From Promethearchaeota archaeon (GTDB taxonomy: Archaea; Asgardarchaeota; Lokiarchaeia; Sigyniarchaeales; SOKP01): a DNA stretch of 64,000 nt. This document shows positions 48,515 through 59,203 of this stretch, piece after piece. The notes under the pieces were generated by a model, which did no database searches, had not been told where the DNA came from, and saw only the letters and a list, made by a program, of their open reading frames with translations. Every line of letters starts with the position of its first letter. Position 1 is the first letter of the stretch. The DNA is taken from the NCBI GenBank assembly GCA_008080735.1, contig SHMW01000010.1, positions 1-64,000 of the forward strand. The letters are read 5' to 3'. A program made the position numbers and the translations under genes.

Positions 48515-48685
48515 AATTTAATCAATATCCTAATTTTGTCGGATGTATTGAATGGAATATTCCTTTAACAGATGTAAAGATCTCTGGAATTTAAATAATA
48601 ATAGTCTTTCAATTTATTGTAAAATAAAGCTAAGAAAAAAGGATTAGATTATTAGAAATATATTTTTTTTGATTCAAGTTGGGTT

Positions 48686-49129
48686 CTATATACTTTCGAT
48701 TTCTTCTTCAAACGCTTCTAACGCTAATTCAATAATTTCTTGGAACGCCATCGCGTCTTGTAGATTTCCCTCGACAGTTATGTCACCAGCCATATATGCG
48801 CTGGTTGCATCTATCTCTCCAAATAGTAAACCCGCACCCGTCTCAAAATTAGCAGTAAAAGTAAAGGAGGGGTCTTCTAATTCTCCTTCTCCATATTCCA
48901 TATCACCTTCGTTGACTTTCACCCAAAACTTTTTGTCTTTATCTGAGATTATCATTTGAACAGCGATATTCATATCTTCAATTTCCTCCTTTAAATACTC
49001 ACTCTTCTCTGCTAATTGGCTATATAATTCGAATGCTTTCAATGTATCATCAATATCTGCAGCTTCAGGACCTCCTTCAAACTTTTCTTTCATTTCCATT
49101 AACAAATTTTCATCAACCATAAAACTCAC
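48686..49129 (-). CDS. SCP2 domain protein
   Basis: PSFTFTA..LLFGEIDATSAYMAGDITVEGN. Confidence 0.85.
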   Translation of the reverse strand: MSFMVDENLLMEMKEKFEGGPEAADIDDTLKAFELYSQLAEKSEYLKEEIEDMNIAVQMIISDKDKKFWVKVNEGDMEYGEGELEDPSFTFTANFETGAGLLFGEIDATSAYMAGDITVEGNLQDAMAFQEIIELALEAFEEEIESI

Positions 49130-49274
49130 ATTTTAATAACTTGTATTGTTTATCTATAGTTTATATCCGATATTATTTAAACTATACTGATCACCACTAA
49201 GTTTTAAATAAGTTCCCATCTAATATAGATTAAACAAATTAATATAAAATTCGAAAAAGAAAAGCTGAATAGTT

Positions 49275-49730
49275 ATGGTAAAATTTGAGGAATTACAAGA
49301 CGAAGCAGATAAATTTGCTGAAGAATATAAAATAGCTTTGAATGAGAATACCAATTATGAGGAAGCTGCTAAAGATTGGGGTGTAGAGCAAGAGGGTGGA
49401 ATGATTTATTATATGGAACACACGGGAGAAATTGAAGAGGATATTAGACTTTGGTTAGATCTGAAAGGAGGGAAATGTCTTGATGCGAAGATTTTACGTC
49501 CTGGTGAGGAGCCACCACGAGAACCCATCCTTTCTTTAAGCGCCCCAATGCCGATATGGAAGGCGTTAGCTTTTAAAGAATTGGATCCTATTACCGCATT
49601 GATGCAGAACAAACTTCGAGTGGGCGGTGATATGGGATTAGCTATGCGATATTCCAAAGCAGCCTTGGAACTAGCAAATTCCACCGAACAAACAGATAGA
49701 ACCGTGTTGACGAAATATAATTTAGAATAG
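49275..49730 (+). CDS. SCP2 domain protein
   Basis: YEEAAKDW, WLDLKGGKC, WK..ELDPITALMQNKLRVGGDM. Confidence 0.85.
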   Translation: MVKFEELQDEADKFAEEYKIALNENTNYEEAAKDWGVEQEGGMIYYMEHTGEIEEDIRLWLDLKGGKCLDAKILRPGEEPPREPILSLSAPMPIWKALAFKELDPITALMQNKLRVGGDMGLAMRYSKAALELANSTEQTDRTVLTKYNLE

Positions 49731-49778
49731 GATTATTTTTTGCTAGATTTATCCTACTTTTTTATTCATCATCCTTAT

Positions 49779-50534
49779 TTAGAAAAGAATCTCTTCCTTT
49801 AAATCATATAAGAATTCTAATGCTCTCATCCCATTTTTCGTAATTGAATAGGGCCCCTTGCTTTCTTTTTGGGTGATATAGTCTGCCTCTAAGAGTTTCT
49901 CAAGGTGAAAATGAAAATGTCCCCCTTTTATCCCCATGTTATCCTCCAATTGGTTATAATATAAACTTCCATTGCTCAGGATTTTTAAAATTTTTATTCG
50001 CTTTTCATTTGATAAGGGGGAAATAAGCTGATATTCCTTTTCTATATCATCCAGAGATGATATATTATCTGTTAAATCATATAATTTCTGAGCAGAATCC
50101 CTTCTTTCGGAACGAGCCGTATAAATCAGTTTTTTTAATGCTTCATATACATGCATTGCTTTCGCAAGACATTGCTCATCGGGACATACTTGTTTGGATT
50201 GCGCATTATCTATATTTTGAATATATGCATTTAATAAGTGAGTTGCCGCATTTGGGCCCTTTTCGGTGAAAACCCTCAAGATTTTCAGAGCTCCTTTCTC
50301 GATCATCGTGGTACATTGCTCTAAAATATGACAGTCTCTTGGTCTATGTTTTAAAAATGTTTGGACTTCCTCATCAGCTGTAATAGTTAACAGTGAAATA
50401 TTATCCTCCTTATATTTAGTTTGGGTAAGCAAATCTAACTGAATTTTCATCTTTAAGACAAGATCTTGTAAAAACGTGATACTTTTGTTGAGATCTTCGA
50501 GTTCTTGATGAAGGGGTGGTTTTTTTTCTTGCAT
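49779..50534 (-). CDS. Winged-HTH (ArsR-like) transcription regulator with N-terminal Cys-containing domain
   Basis: PLSNEKRIKILKIL..YNQL..GGHFHFHLEKL..YSITKNG. Confidence 0.8.
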   Translation of the reverse strand: MQEKKPPLHQELEDLNKSITFLQDLVLKMKIQLDLLTQTKYKEDNISLLTITADEEVQTFLKHRPRDCHILEQCTTMIEKGALKILRVFTEKGPNAATHLLNAYIQNIDNAQSKQVCPDEQCLAKAMHVYEALKKLIYTARSERRDSAQKLYDLTDNISSLDDIEKEYQLISPLSNEKRIKILKILSNGSLYYNQLEDNMGIKGGHFHFHLEKLLEADYITQKESKGPYSITKNGMRALEFLYDLKEEILF

Positions 50535-50631
50535 TATAATACACTATTTTACTATATTACTATAGTAGAGTAGAGTATTTTAAGAACTTTTTTATAGTTA
50601 GAAGGAATTATAAAAATATCTAAGAATTGAG

Positions 50632-51108
50632 ATGACATTAAAGATGGAAAATATAAATAAAGACTTGCTTGCTCCGTGCGGACTCTATTGTGGGGCATGC
50701 GCAATATTTATCGCCCACCGAGATAATAATGAAAAATTCAAAAAGGCACTTCTCCCGGTCTATAAGATGTTTGCCAAAAGTATTGATGATATCGCATGTA
50801 CTGGATGTCTTTCAGAAGGGATTGTTTTTCCCGTATGTCAGAGCTGTCCGATTAAAAAATGTACCAATAAAAGAGAGTTAGAAGGATGTTTTGAGTGTGA
50901 TGATTGGCCGTGCAAGTATATCACCAACTTTCCTATACAAAAAGCGAAAAACGTGATGATGCGGACGATTCCCACGTGGCGCGAAATGGGAACACAAAAG
51001 TTTGTTGAGCTAGAAGAAGAGAGATATCGATGTCCAGAATGTGGAAATCAGTTATTTCGCGGAGTTCGTAAATGCAATAAATGCGATACTACTGTTGAAT
51101 TAGACTAA
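50632..51108 (+). CDS. DUF3795 Cys-rich protein
   Basis: APCGLYCGAC, CTGC, CPIKKC, CFECDDWPC, CPECG. Confidence 0.85.
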   Translation: MTLKMENINKDLLAPCGLYCGACAIFIAHRDNNEKFKKALLPVYKMFAKSIDDIACTGCLSEGIVFPVCQSCPIKKCTNKRELEGCFECDDWPCKYITNFPIQKAKNVMMRTIPTWREMGTQKFVELEEERYRCPECGNQLFRGVRKCNKCDTTVELD

Positions 51109-51204
51109 AAATTTAAATGTTAGAAATTAAACGGGGTATCATAGTTAAATAGGGAAGAGCCCCTATAACGATTTAGTTCATATATTCAATTTAAATCTCA
51201 TTTT

Positions 51205-52371
51205 ATGAAGTTTCAAGCTAAAGATCAAGGTCTCCATTCAAAACAACACAATAGCATTAAATTTATACATGCGAGCGATATTCACCTTGGGTGTGCTCAA
51301 TATCAAAATGAATATCGTGCTGATGACTTTATTACTGCGTTCAAACAAGTATTATATTTAGGCATTAAGAATTCAGTTGATTTTATCATCTTGGCGGGGG
51401 ATGTCTTTACTTCCATAGATATATTACCCGAAAAACTCTTACAAATAATTAAGCTTTTAGAAAAGTTTCACAAAAGAACAAATAATATAATACCAATTAT
51501 TGCGATTGAGGGAAACCATGATTTAAGAAGATATTCTCGCGGATTAAAAACAGAAAGAACACAATCATGGCTTAAACTGATGAACCATCTTGGGTTAATG
51601 ATTCTTTTGCAAGCTTGTGAGAATGGAGATAAAAGGCAAAAATTAGAATTTCAAGAATATAACTCTAAATCTAAAATAGGGAATTTACTGAAAATTAGAT
51701 TTGCCAACATATTTGGAACTTCTTATAGGGGAGAGAGGCCAAAATCACACATTCTAAATCTTTATAACTCTATTGAAAAAAAAGAAGATGAATTTAATAT
51801 CCTGCTTCAGCATTTCGGTATTGCCGGACAGATGGATAACGTACCGGGTTTAAATCTATGTGTAGTTAATAAATTAAGTAATAAAGTGGATTATTTGGCC
51901 TTAGGACATTTCCATTTGCAATATACAATCGGCGGATGGATTTATAATCCAGGATCTACTGAGGCAGCTTGTTCCGTAGATAATTTATTTAATCGAGGTG
52001 TCTTTTTTGTAGAAGTTTTTAAAGATGCTAACGGATTCTCTAAAAGGGTGAAATCTATTAAATTGATAAACAGAGAGATACTTTGGAAGACAATTTGTTT
52101 ACCTTTTCAATTCAAAGAGAAAAACAAGTTCTTCGAATACCTTTTATCCCAATTAAGTCTGTATCTAAAAGATTTTAGGAATGAACTAAAACCCACCAAT
52201 TATCAATTACCATTATTATATCTTAAAATAATCGGTATTAAACCTGTAAAAACATGTAAAATAACCAAAAAAGAAATTAGAAAACTGATATGCGGTAGTT
52301 TTTCAATATTGGATGCTCGTATTTATTTTGAATATAATAGACCATCAAAGTCAATAGTACAATACTTATAA
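51205..52371 (+). CDS. Mre11/SbcD-like metallophosphoesterase nuclease
   Basis: SDIHLG, AGDVF, GNHD, ALGHFH, NPGSTE. Confidence 0.85.
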   Translation: MKFQAKDQGLHSKQHNSIKFIHASDIHLGCAQYQNEYRADDFITAFKQVLYLGIKNSVDFIILAGDVFTSIDILPEKLLQIIKLLEKFHKRTNNIIPIIAIEGNHDLRRYSRGLKTERTQSWLKLMNHLGLMILLQACENGDKRQKLEFQEYNSKSKIGNLLKIRFANIFGTSYRGERPKSHILNLYNSIEKKEDEFNILLQHFGIAGQMDNVPGLNLCVVNKLSNKVDYLALGHFHLQYTIGGWIYNPGSTEAACSVDNLFNRGVFFVEVFKDANGFSKRVKSIKLINREILWKTICLPFQFKEKNKFFEYLLSQLSLYLKDFRNELKPTNYQLPLLYLKIIGIKPVKTCKITKKEIRKLICGSFSILDARIYFEYNRPSKSIVQYL

Positions 52372-52389
52372 AAAAATAAAAAAAGGAAT

Positions 52390-53343
52390 TTATGGAATAG
52401 AACTTGGATCCCATGGTACAGGAATTTTGAGCGTTAAATTGATTGTAATCCCCCCAAAAAATGTATCAAAGATGATATGATAACTTAAGGTAGCATTAGT
52501 AGTGGCTAAATCTTCGACATAGCTAGTATCAATAATAACCGTTATATTTTTATTTGCAACTCCCGAAAAAGCCCCGATTTCTGAATATTGGGTAATTGTA
52601 GATTCTCCAATTTTTGTATTAGGAGGTAATGTAGTTTCGTTTTCACTGGAATCTACCCAGATTTCAGATTTGAGATTTACATTTCTCAGTGGATAAATGC
52701 CACCGTTAGAGAGATCATAATTAAGAGTAAAATTTAGACTATTAGGAGCGCTATAATCGAAACCAGATGCTCCCGTATTAATACTCGGTCTTATCATTAC
52801 TCCGCTTCCGATTAAAGTTAATATATAAATTGCCAAGCCTAAACTAATCAATGTTCCAATTACTTTAAATAATAAACTCGGTCGCGCTCTTCGTTTGTAT
52901 TCTGCAGAATCTTTCGAAACTCCCCGTAACTCAAACGCTTCAAAAAGATATTGAAGGCTTCTCACCGCTGCTGCTCCCAGAGAAAGCCACGCAATAAGCT
53001 TAAGCCCCAATCCAATTTCTAGTTGTTCCGTTGATATGGAGAAATTTCCTAATTCCACAGTTGGGTCGAACCCTCCAAAGATATAAAATAGATACACTCC
53101 AGAATATATAGTCACGATGAACATAATGACTCTATTTTTCGCAGAATCTTTCGGATATGCGCTCTTTAGGACTGCGATAAAAACGCCTATTATACCAAAT
53201 ATGATGATGCCTATAATAAAATATTGGCTCAGCGCAAAAATCCCAAAAAAGTCCAGCAAGAACAAGGCAGTAAGCGGTGCAGCGATGTATAAAATTGCAT
53301 AGAGGATTCCGTTTAGAATCATCTTACCAATTTGAATTTCCAT
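52390..53343 (-). CDS. Membrane protein with C-terminal beta-rich extracytoplasmic domain
   Basis: About 5 TM, then a Thr/Asn/Ser-rich beta domain. Confidence 0.6.
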   Translation of the reverse strand: MEIQIGKMILNGILYAILYIAAPLTALFLLDFFGIFALSQYFIIGIIIFGIIGVFIAVLKSAYPKDSAKNRVIMFIVTIYSGVYLFYIFGGFDPTVELGNFSISTEQLEIGLGLKLIAWLSLGAAAVRSLQYLFEAFELRGVSKDSAEYKRRARPSLLFKVIGTLISLGLAIYILTLIGSGVMIRPSINTGASGFDYSAPNSLNFTLNYDLSNGGIYPLRNVNLKSEIWVDSSENETTLPPNTKIGESTITQYSEIGAFSGVANKNITVIIDTSYVEDLATTNATLSYHIIFDTFFGGITINLTLKIPVPWDPSSIP

Positions 53344-53529
53344 AGTATTTTTTCAACTTACTATTATGTTTAATATTTTTGTTGATAATAAGATTTGATT
53401 AAAGGGTAATAAATGTTCTCTTTTTATTCTAAATAAGTCAGATGAAATTCTGATTTAAATTAAGATATTTAGAAATGATAAATGTTAGTTATTTAAATTT
53501 AGAACATTTATTTCTTTTAGCGATGCGAG

Positions 53530-53934
53530 TTGAAAATGATGATAGTTCAAAAAACACATAAAAAGATTAATAAGAATTTGAGTGGAACACCTATTGAATT
53601 AACTGAAGGTTATAGCAAGATTAGGCTTACCACCATCGAAGAAATGATTTTAGATGAATCGGGATTGATCCACGGAGGATTTACATTCAGTCTTGCTGAT
53701 TATGCGGCGATGCTTGCCGTGAATCACCCAAACGTAGTATTAACCAAAGCAGAAGTGAAATTTATTAAACCTGTTCTGCTCGGAGATACTCTCATTGCAG
53801 AAGGAAGAGTAAAAAATCAGGAAGGTAAAAAATCAGAGGTTAATGTGGTGGTCAAGAAAGATAATAAGACAGTTCTTGAAGGAACTTTTTTTTGTTATAG
53901 CCCAGATCAACATATACTTGGAGGAGGATCTTAA
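53530..53934 (+). CDS. PaaI-family hot-dog thioesterase
   Basis: GLIHGGFTFSLADYAAM, FIKPV..GD. Confidence 0.85.
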   Translation: MKMMIVQKTHKKINKNLSGTPIELTEGYSKIRLTTIEEMILDESGLIHGGFTFSLADYAAMLAVNHPNVVLTKAEVKFIKPVLLGDTLIAEGRVKNQEGKKSEVNVVVKKDNKTVLEGTFFCYSPDQHILGGGS

Positions 53935-55673
53935 TGAACGCAGGGGATATAATCGGACAAGTGCTAAAGAATAAAGGTGTGGAATTTATTTTTACACTCT
54001 GCGGGGGACATATCGCACCTATTTTGGTGGGTGCTAATAAAAGTGGTATTCGAGTAATTGATGTGCGTCACGAGCCTACCGCGGTTTTTGCTGCAGATGC
54101 AATTTCACGGCTTACTGGGATCCCAGGAGTGGCCGTAGTTACGGCAGGGCCTGGAGTGACTAACTCTGTTACCGCTATTAAAAATGCTCAAATGGCCCAA
54201 TCTCCGCTTATTTTACTGGGAGGTGCTGCCGCGACCATGCTTCAAGGAAAGGGTGCCCTTCAAGATATAGAACAGATTGAATTATATAAATCTATTACTA
54301 AATGGGAAACATCTATAGAGCAAAATTGTGATATCGAGCCTGTTTTGAATGAAGCTTTCGATGTTGCTACGTCGGGCATCCCGGGACCCGTATTTATTGA
54401 ATGCCCTATTGATATATTATATGAGGAGGAATTGGTGCGAGAATGGTACGGACGGCAATCTAAATCGAAGAAATCATCCTCATTCAAACAAAAAATGGTA
54501 AATTGGTACTTGAGACGTCATGTCGATAAATTGTTCGCTTGCTCCATAGATGAGGTGAAATCTAAATCCGACCAAGAGATAATTCCATTTGAAGTCGATC
54601 AAGAACACATAGAGAAAATAGCTTCCCAAATTAATAATGCCAAAAATCCAATCTTGGTATTAGGAGGACAGACCACAAAACGAGTGGAATTAGTTGAGGA
54701 ACTCTCTGTGGGCTTGAAAAAATTTGGTGCCCCAGTTTTTTTGGCAAGTATGTCGAGAGGATTGATGGGAAAGGATCATTCTTCATATTTTCGCCACGGT
54801 CGTTCTAAAGCTCTAAGAAATGCCGATGTTATAGTAATTGTTGGAATGCCTTGCGATTTCCGATTAGGATATGGAAGATCGATTAATAGGAATGCATTTC
54901 ATATCGCAATAAATCGAAGCGAGGAGGATTTAACGAAAAACAAAAAACCAGATTTAGCTATCCAAGCCGATCCCGCTACATTCCTCGTTGAATTGACCAA
55001 ATCGTATTCATTTGATAAGGATAAATGGTCGGAATGGTATGAAATGCTAAACGAATGGGAAAAAGAGGGAAAAGAAAAAATTGAACATTTCGCAAGAGTG
55101 GATACGGATTATTTAAATCCATTAGCATTTTTAAAAGAAATTGAAAACCATATTGGAGAGGATGCAATTATCATAGGGGATGGCGGAGATTTTGTTGCTA
55201 CTACTTCATATATCATTAAACCACCTAAACCGTTATCATGGCTCGACCCTGGTCCTTATGGAACCCTTGGAGTTGGTGCGGGATTTGCGTTGGCCGCTAA
55301 ACTGGTTCATCCCGATTCTGAAGTATGGTTGTTCTGGGGAGATGGTGCTGCAGGATATAGCATCGCTGAGTTCGATACATTTGTTCGCCATGATCTTCCT
55401 ATAATTGCTGTTGTGGGAAATGATGCGGGATGGACTCAAATAGAGCGAGATCAGGTGGAATATTTAAATGATGATGTTGGAACTGTTCTAAGATACACAG
55501 ATTATCATATAGTAGCTGAAGGTTATGGGGGAGAAGGATTACTACTAAAAAATGAGATAAATATCTCTCGGCTGATGGAACAAGCGAAGCTTTTGGTAAA
55601 GAACGGGTCTCCCATACTGATAAATGCTCTCATGGGGAAAACAGATTTCCGAAAAGGGTCCATTTCAATGTAA
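53934..55673 (+). CDS. ThDP-dependent ILVBL/HACL2-like enzyme (2-hydroxyacyl-CoA lyase / acetolactate synthase-like)
   Basis: [61 protein letters not shown]. Confidence 0.85.
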   Translation: MNAGDIIGQVLKNKGVEFIFTLCGGHIAPILVGANKSGIRVIDVRHEPTAVFAADAISRLTGIPGVAVVTAGPGVTNSVTAIKNAQMAQSPLILLGGAAATMLQGKGALQDIEQIELYKSITKWETSIEQNCDIEPVLNEAFDVATSGIPGPVFIECPIDILYEEELVREWYGRQSKSKKSSSFKQKMVNWYLRRHVDKLFACSIDEVKSKSDQEIIPFEVDQEHIEKIASQINNAKNPILVLGGQTTKRVELVEELSVGLKKFGAPVFLASMSRGLMGKDHSSYFRHGRSKALRNADVIVIVGMPCDFRLGYGRSINRNAFHIAINRSEEDLTKNKKPDLAIQADPATFLVELTKSYSFDKDKWSEWYEMLNEWEKEGKEKIEHFARVDTDYLNPLAFLKEIENHIGEDAIIIGDGGDFVATTSYIIKPPKPLSWLDPGPYGTLGVGAGFALAAKLVHPDSEVWLFWGDGAAGYSIAEFDTFVRHDLPIIAVVGNDAGWTQIERDQVEYLNDDVGTVLRYTDYHIVAEGYGGEGLLLKNEINISRLMEQAKLLVKNGSPILINALMGKTDFRKGSISM

Positions 55674-55704
55674 AATACCCAATTACATAATAATTTACTA
55701 CTTG

Positions 55705-56613
55705 TTATTTTATACTCAAATCAAAAAATTCAATTGCGTTTTGTGTCGTTTTTTCGGCTACTTCTTCTTGAGAGACCTCATGAGTATATGCAATAGCTGC
55801 AATTGAATAGCGAACATTTGCAGGTACATTATAAGGACCCCTTTTATAAGGATGTTGATAATAGCTATCAGTTTCAGTGACAAGCGCTTCTATAGGTGAG
55901 CCTTTAGTATTTTCTCTCCAATTTTTATATCCATATGCTGAACTCGGTACAGACAATATAAAACCTTTTTCGGGTAAAGATATACCATACTCCCTCGGGC
56001 CAGAGAAGCAATGAAACATAACTCTATTTGGATCTATTTTATAATCATCCAGAATTTTAAGTATCTCCGTGGTAGCTCCATCTGGCTGATTGAACTTATG
56101 GTTTGAATTTTCTTTATCATATTCATGGGGTGCAGGGTTTCTAACGTGGAGGGTATAGGGCTTACCTATATCTTTAGTTTTTTTGAATATCTTTTCTAAC
56201 TCCTCCACTTGCTTCTTTCGCTTTTCTAATGTCTTTGCATGATGGAAATCCAATCCAACTTCACCGATAGCTAAGTATTTCTCTGGATTTTGTAGTACAT
56301 ATTCTATCCATTCTTCCCATTTTTCATTATATTTATTTCTTGAGGTATAAGTGACGGTTTGTGGAGCCCATCCTATTGTAAAACCGTAATTTTTATCCAC
56401 TTTTTCCATAAAGTCCAGAGTCATCTTCATCGTCTCTAAATCTATAGAACTCGTAACTAGATATAGACCTCCCATCTCGAAATAATCGTTTAGCTGATCT
56501 TCATCTGAAGGTAATTTATCATTTTTTTTCGGTCTTGGAAATGGAAGATGACAATGCGAGTCAATAAAAGGCAAATTCGGTTTTGGTTCGGGAATTTCTA
56601 TATTTTTCGGCAT
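55705..56613 (-). CDS. tatD: TatD-family DNase
   Basis: IDSHCHL, IGEVGLD, LHVR, FHCFSG, ETDS. Confidence 0.9.
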   Translation of the reverse strand: MPKNIEIPEPKPNLPFIDSHCHLPFPRPKKNDKLPSDEDQLNDYFEMGGLYLVTSSIDLETMKMTLDFMEKVDKNYGFTIGWAPQTVTYTSRNKYNEKWEEWIEYVLQNPEKYLAIGEVGLDFHHAKTLEKRKKQVEELEKIFKKTKDIGKPYTLHVRNPAPHEYDKENSNHKFNQPDGATTEILKILDDYKIDPNRVMFHCFSGPREYGISLPEKGFILSVPSSAYGYKNWRENTKGSPIEALVTETDSYYQHPYKRGPYNVPANVRYSIAAIAYTHEVSQEEVAEKTTQNAIEFFDLSIK

Positions 56614-56749
56614 TATTTTAAGGAATTAAAGCTACATTATATTCTTTTTTACATCATTTTCCCAAGAGAAGCGAAACCTAATTGTAAATCAATTTATAAA
56701 TGTTTTTATTAGAGCAGATTTAAATAGTCAAAACCTTATCAATATCTTG

Positions 56750-56766
56750 TTGACTTTCTAAGTCAA
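56750..56766. promoter_or_regulatory. Palindrome between divergent tatD and ORF 56794
   Basis: TTGACTT-tct-AAGTCAA. Confidence 0.3.
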
Positions 56767-56793
56767 TATATTTGTATTTATCATAATATCGAG

Positions 56794-57051
56794 ATGGTTA
56801 TGAAAGGGTTAAAACAGTTTTATGTGGCTAAATTCAGAGGTAAAATAAAGAAATATATACGAGTGGAGAGTTTTTCAATAGAGGAAGCAATAGAAGATAT
56901 TTTAACACGTGTTCCTCAAAAAGATGAGGGTTATGTAAAAATATACAAGGTTAATTTTATCACGAGCAAAAGCGTGTTAGTAAAGAAAATCTTGATTTTA
57001 TGCGAATTATTTATGCAAAAACAAGAAGAAAAACCCGTTATTCATTATTAA
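56794..57051 (+). CDS. Hypothetical protein
   Basis: 85-aa ORF only. Confidence 0.5.
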   Translation: MVMKGLKQFYVAKFRGKIKKYIRVESFSIEEAIEDILTRVPQKDEGYVKIYKVNFITSKSVLVKKILILCELFMQKQEEKPVIHY

Positions 57052-57114
57052 ATCAAAATTTATAGCAAATATATAACCACATCTCATTAAAAACCGAATA
57101 GGAGAGGAACTTAT

Positions 57115-57525
57115 ATGGCAGAACAGATTTTACATAAAATAGAAGAATTAAGAAAACTTAAACAAGAAATTGAGCCAAGGATAGAAGAATTGGAAGAAAA
57201 ACGCGATTATGAGATTGTAGAGATAAATAAAAAATACGATAAAAAGATCTCAGATGTGTCAAACGAGGTGGAATCTTTTAAGAAAGACTTAATGGAGAAT
57301 CTATATCAATCGTTTGAACAAGCTGTTATGAATGAATTTGACAGCAAACGAAGTACAAGCGAATATAGTATTACTTCACAAATCAGAGATTACAGAGATT
57401 CTATGAATGAAGTTGATCTTTTCCCAGACGAGCTCATAGAAAGATTGGATAAAATTATTGCTGAAGAAGAACCAATCGAAAATCTTGCTTATGATTTGGA
57501 ATCAATTAAAACTCAGTATTTCTAA
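57115..57525 (+). CDS. Hypothetical coiled-coil protein
   Basis: Glu/Lys-rich helical ORF preceded by GGAGAGG. Confidence 0.7.
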   Translation: MAEQILHKIEELRKLKQEIEPRIEELEEKRDYEIVEINKKYDKKISDVSNEVESFKKDLMENLYQSFEQAVMNEFDSKRSTSEYSITSQIRDYRDSMNEVDLFPDELIERLDKIIAEEEPIENLAYDLESIKTQYF

Positions 57526-57863
57526 AAAATTTACCCTCCTTTTTAATCTAATTCTTCTGGAGATATAGATAATATATAATCTCCATATCACTCCATTTAA
57601 TAAATAATTTCTATGTTACGTCTATTATAAATTGGTTGTAGATTCATAAGGCATAGAAATGGAGATATTAGAATCGGAAATTGAAATTTATAATTCAAAA
57701 ATGCGTTTATTAAATTGGTTATGGGATGAAATAAAGCTATTTGACTCAGAGCTGAAGAAAAAGATCAATCAAAAAGGACAAAATCTGCCAATTAATCTGT
57801 AAAAATGTTTTTCTAAAGTTAAATAAGAAAAAAATGAATTAATTAAGCTAAGAAGTAATAAAA

Positions 57864-58616
57864 TCAAGAAATCTTAGTTGTAATAAAATCAGGAATTATA
57901 TTTCCAAAAAATTCATGCGAAAATATAGTGAAAACTGCCATATCTCCTTTTCGGAACCCACCAATCCAATGTTTTTCCGCTCTCATTAAAACTTCATTGA
58001 TTTTACCTGCCTTGAGTTCATTACCCATACGATCTATGAAATTAAACAACATAGAACTAAAGGATTCAAAACTTTTTTCAGTTATATCGGGCGGTACATC
58101 GCTCGCGATCACTCTATCATTCTTAAGATCGAAAACAATTATACCTTTGATATTTTCATCGCTCGCGGCTTGTTGGAAATAATTTAAAATAAAATCTCTA
58201 TTATTTTGTTTTTTTAGTTTTCCGATTTCAGTAGAGATTTTCTCATATTCCTCCTTAAAATCATTGAACGCAGCCATCTCATCCTTCTGAGCATCAATCG
58301 TCTCTTTTGGATACTTTTGTAAAAATGCCCTGCTTAACCGCTCTGCTATAATTTTATAAATTCGATTATCGATCTCATCAGAAGGATCTGCGGCGACTAT
58401 CGAAAAAATGGGATCTCGTGCTGAATAATAGAAAGTATAGGAATCCATATTAATCGAATCAATACAGCTATTTCCTACCTCCTTCGCGAAATTCTGAATC
58501 GCACTTAGGAAGCACCCAATCAACGAATTATCTGTAAAGGAGTCATTCGGGCTAATCGTAAAGAGAGGCAAGCCGTCTTTGGATATGATTAAATATGATT
58601 TTATCATTTCAAACAA
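57864..58616 (-). CDS. Longin domain fused to roadblock/MglB-like domain
   Basis: SYLIISKDGLPLF..LIGCFLSAIQNFAKEV (longin); IKGIIVFDLKNDRVIASD..LKAGKINEVLMRAE (roadblock-like). Confidence 0.7.
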   Translation of the reverse strand: MFEMIKSYLIISKDGLPLFTISPNDSFTDNSLIGCFLSAIQNFAKEVGNSCIDSINMDSYTFYYSARDPIFSIVAADPSDEIDNRIYKIIAERLSRAFLQKYPKETIDAQKDEMAAFNDFKEEYEKISTEIGKLKKQNNRDFILNYFQQAASDENIKGIIVFDLKNDRVIASDVPPDITEKSFESFSSMLFNFIDRMGNELKAGKINEVLMRAEKHWIGGFRKGDMAVFTIFSHEFFGNIIPDFITTKIS

Positions 58617-58630
58617 CTATGGATAATGTT

Positions 58631-59203
58631 TTATTCTTCTTTAATAAAATGAATATCCGTTTTTGTTCCAGTTGGGGTGAATGAGCTGTAATCTATTTCG
58701 ATGGGTGTTGACTCGTCAGCAATCGCAGTGGAGGAGGCGAGAATTAACGCCATAGGACAAATGCCCTTTTGATCTCCAATTATTTCATGGATAGGATTTG
58801 AAAGAGAGCAATCGGGGATGACAATTTGATATTTATCCTCTCCTTTTTCGACAATATGTCCGGTCTTTGTTATTCCGGTCATTTTTAAAATTTCCATCCA
58901 TGTTTCCATCGCTTTTTTGGGATTTTTAGACTCAAAAAGACTCGAGATCTTTGGATCCTCGTCTTTTATAGTTTTCATTGTCTTAACAATTTCGGGAAAC
59001 ACATGGCTTTTATAACCTCTTCCACCAATTAATTCGATCATCGCTTTTTCATATCCGAAGAGCGCAGAATGCAAAGTAGAAAGCACTTTCATCATAAGGG
59101 GATGAGGGAATTGGCTTTTCAACCACACCATAAACACGACAAAGAACACCACAAATGCGATTAAAATCCCCAAAACTGTATAGAACCATATATCTGGTAC
59201 CAT
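58631..59203 (-). CDS. Single-TM protein with V4R-like ligand-binding domain
   Basis: N-terminal TM; IPDC...H...GICPMALIL. Confidence 0.55.
   Translation of the reverse strand: MVPDIWFYTVLGILIAFVVFFVVFMVWLKSQFPHPLMMKVLSTLHSALFGYEKAMIELIGGRGYKSHVFPEIVKTMKTIKDEDPKISSLFESKNPKKAMETWMEILKMTGITKTGHIVEKGEDKYQIVIPDCSLSNPIHEIIGDQKGICPMALILASSTAIADESTPIEIDYSSFTPTGTKTDIHFIKEE

Noticed and set aside
50543-50580. ACTAT/AGTAG repeats around TACTATAGTA between the ArsR-like regulator and DUF3795
   Set aside because: Plausible operator but low complexity and imperfect; insufficient support
57558-57660. Short inverted repeats (TGGAGAT/ATCTCCA, TTCTATG/CATAGAA) between convergent genes
   Set aside because: Short arms in AT-rich sequence; cannot be distinguished from chance or simple terminators; no SECIS core
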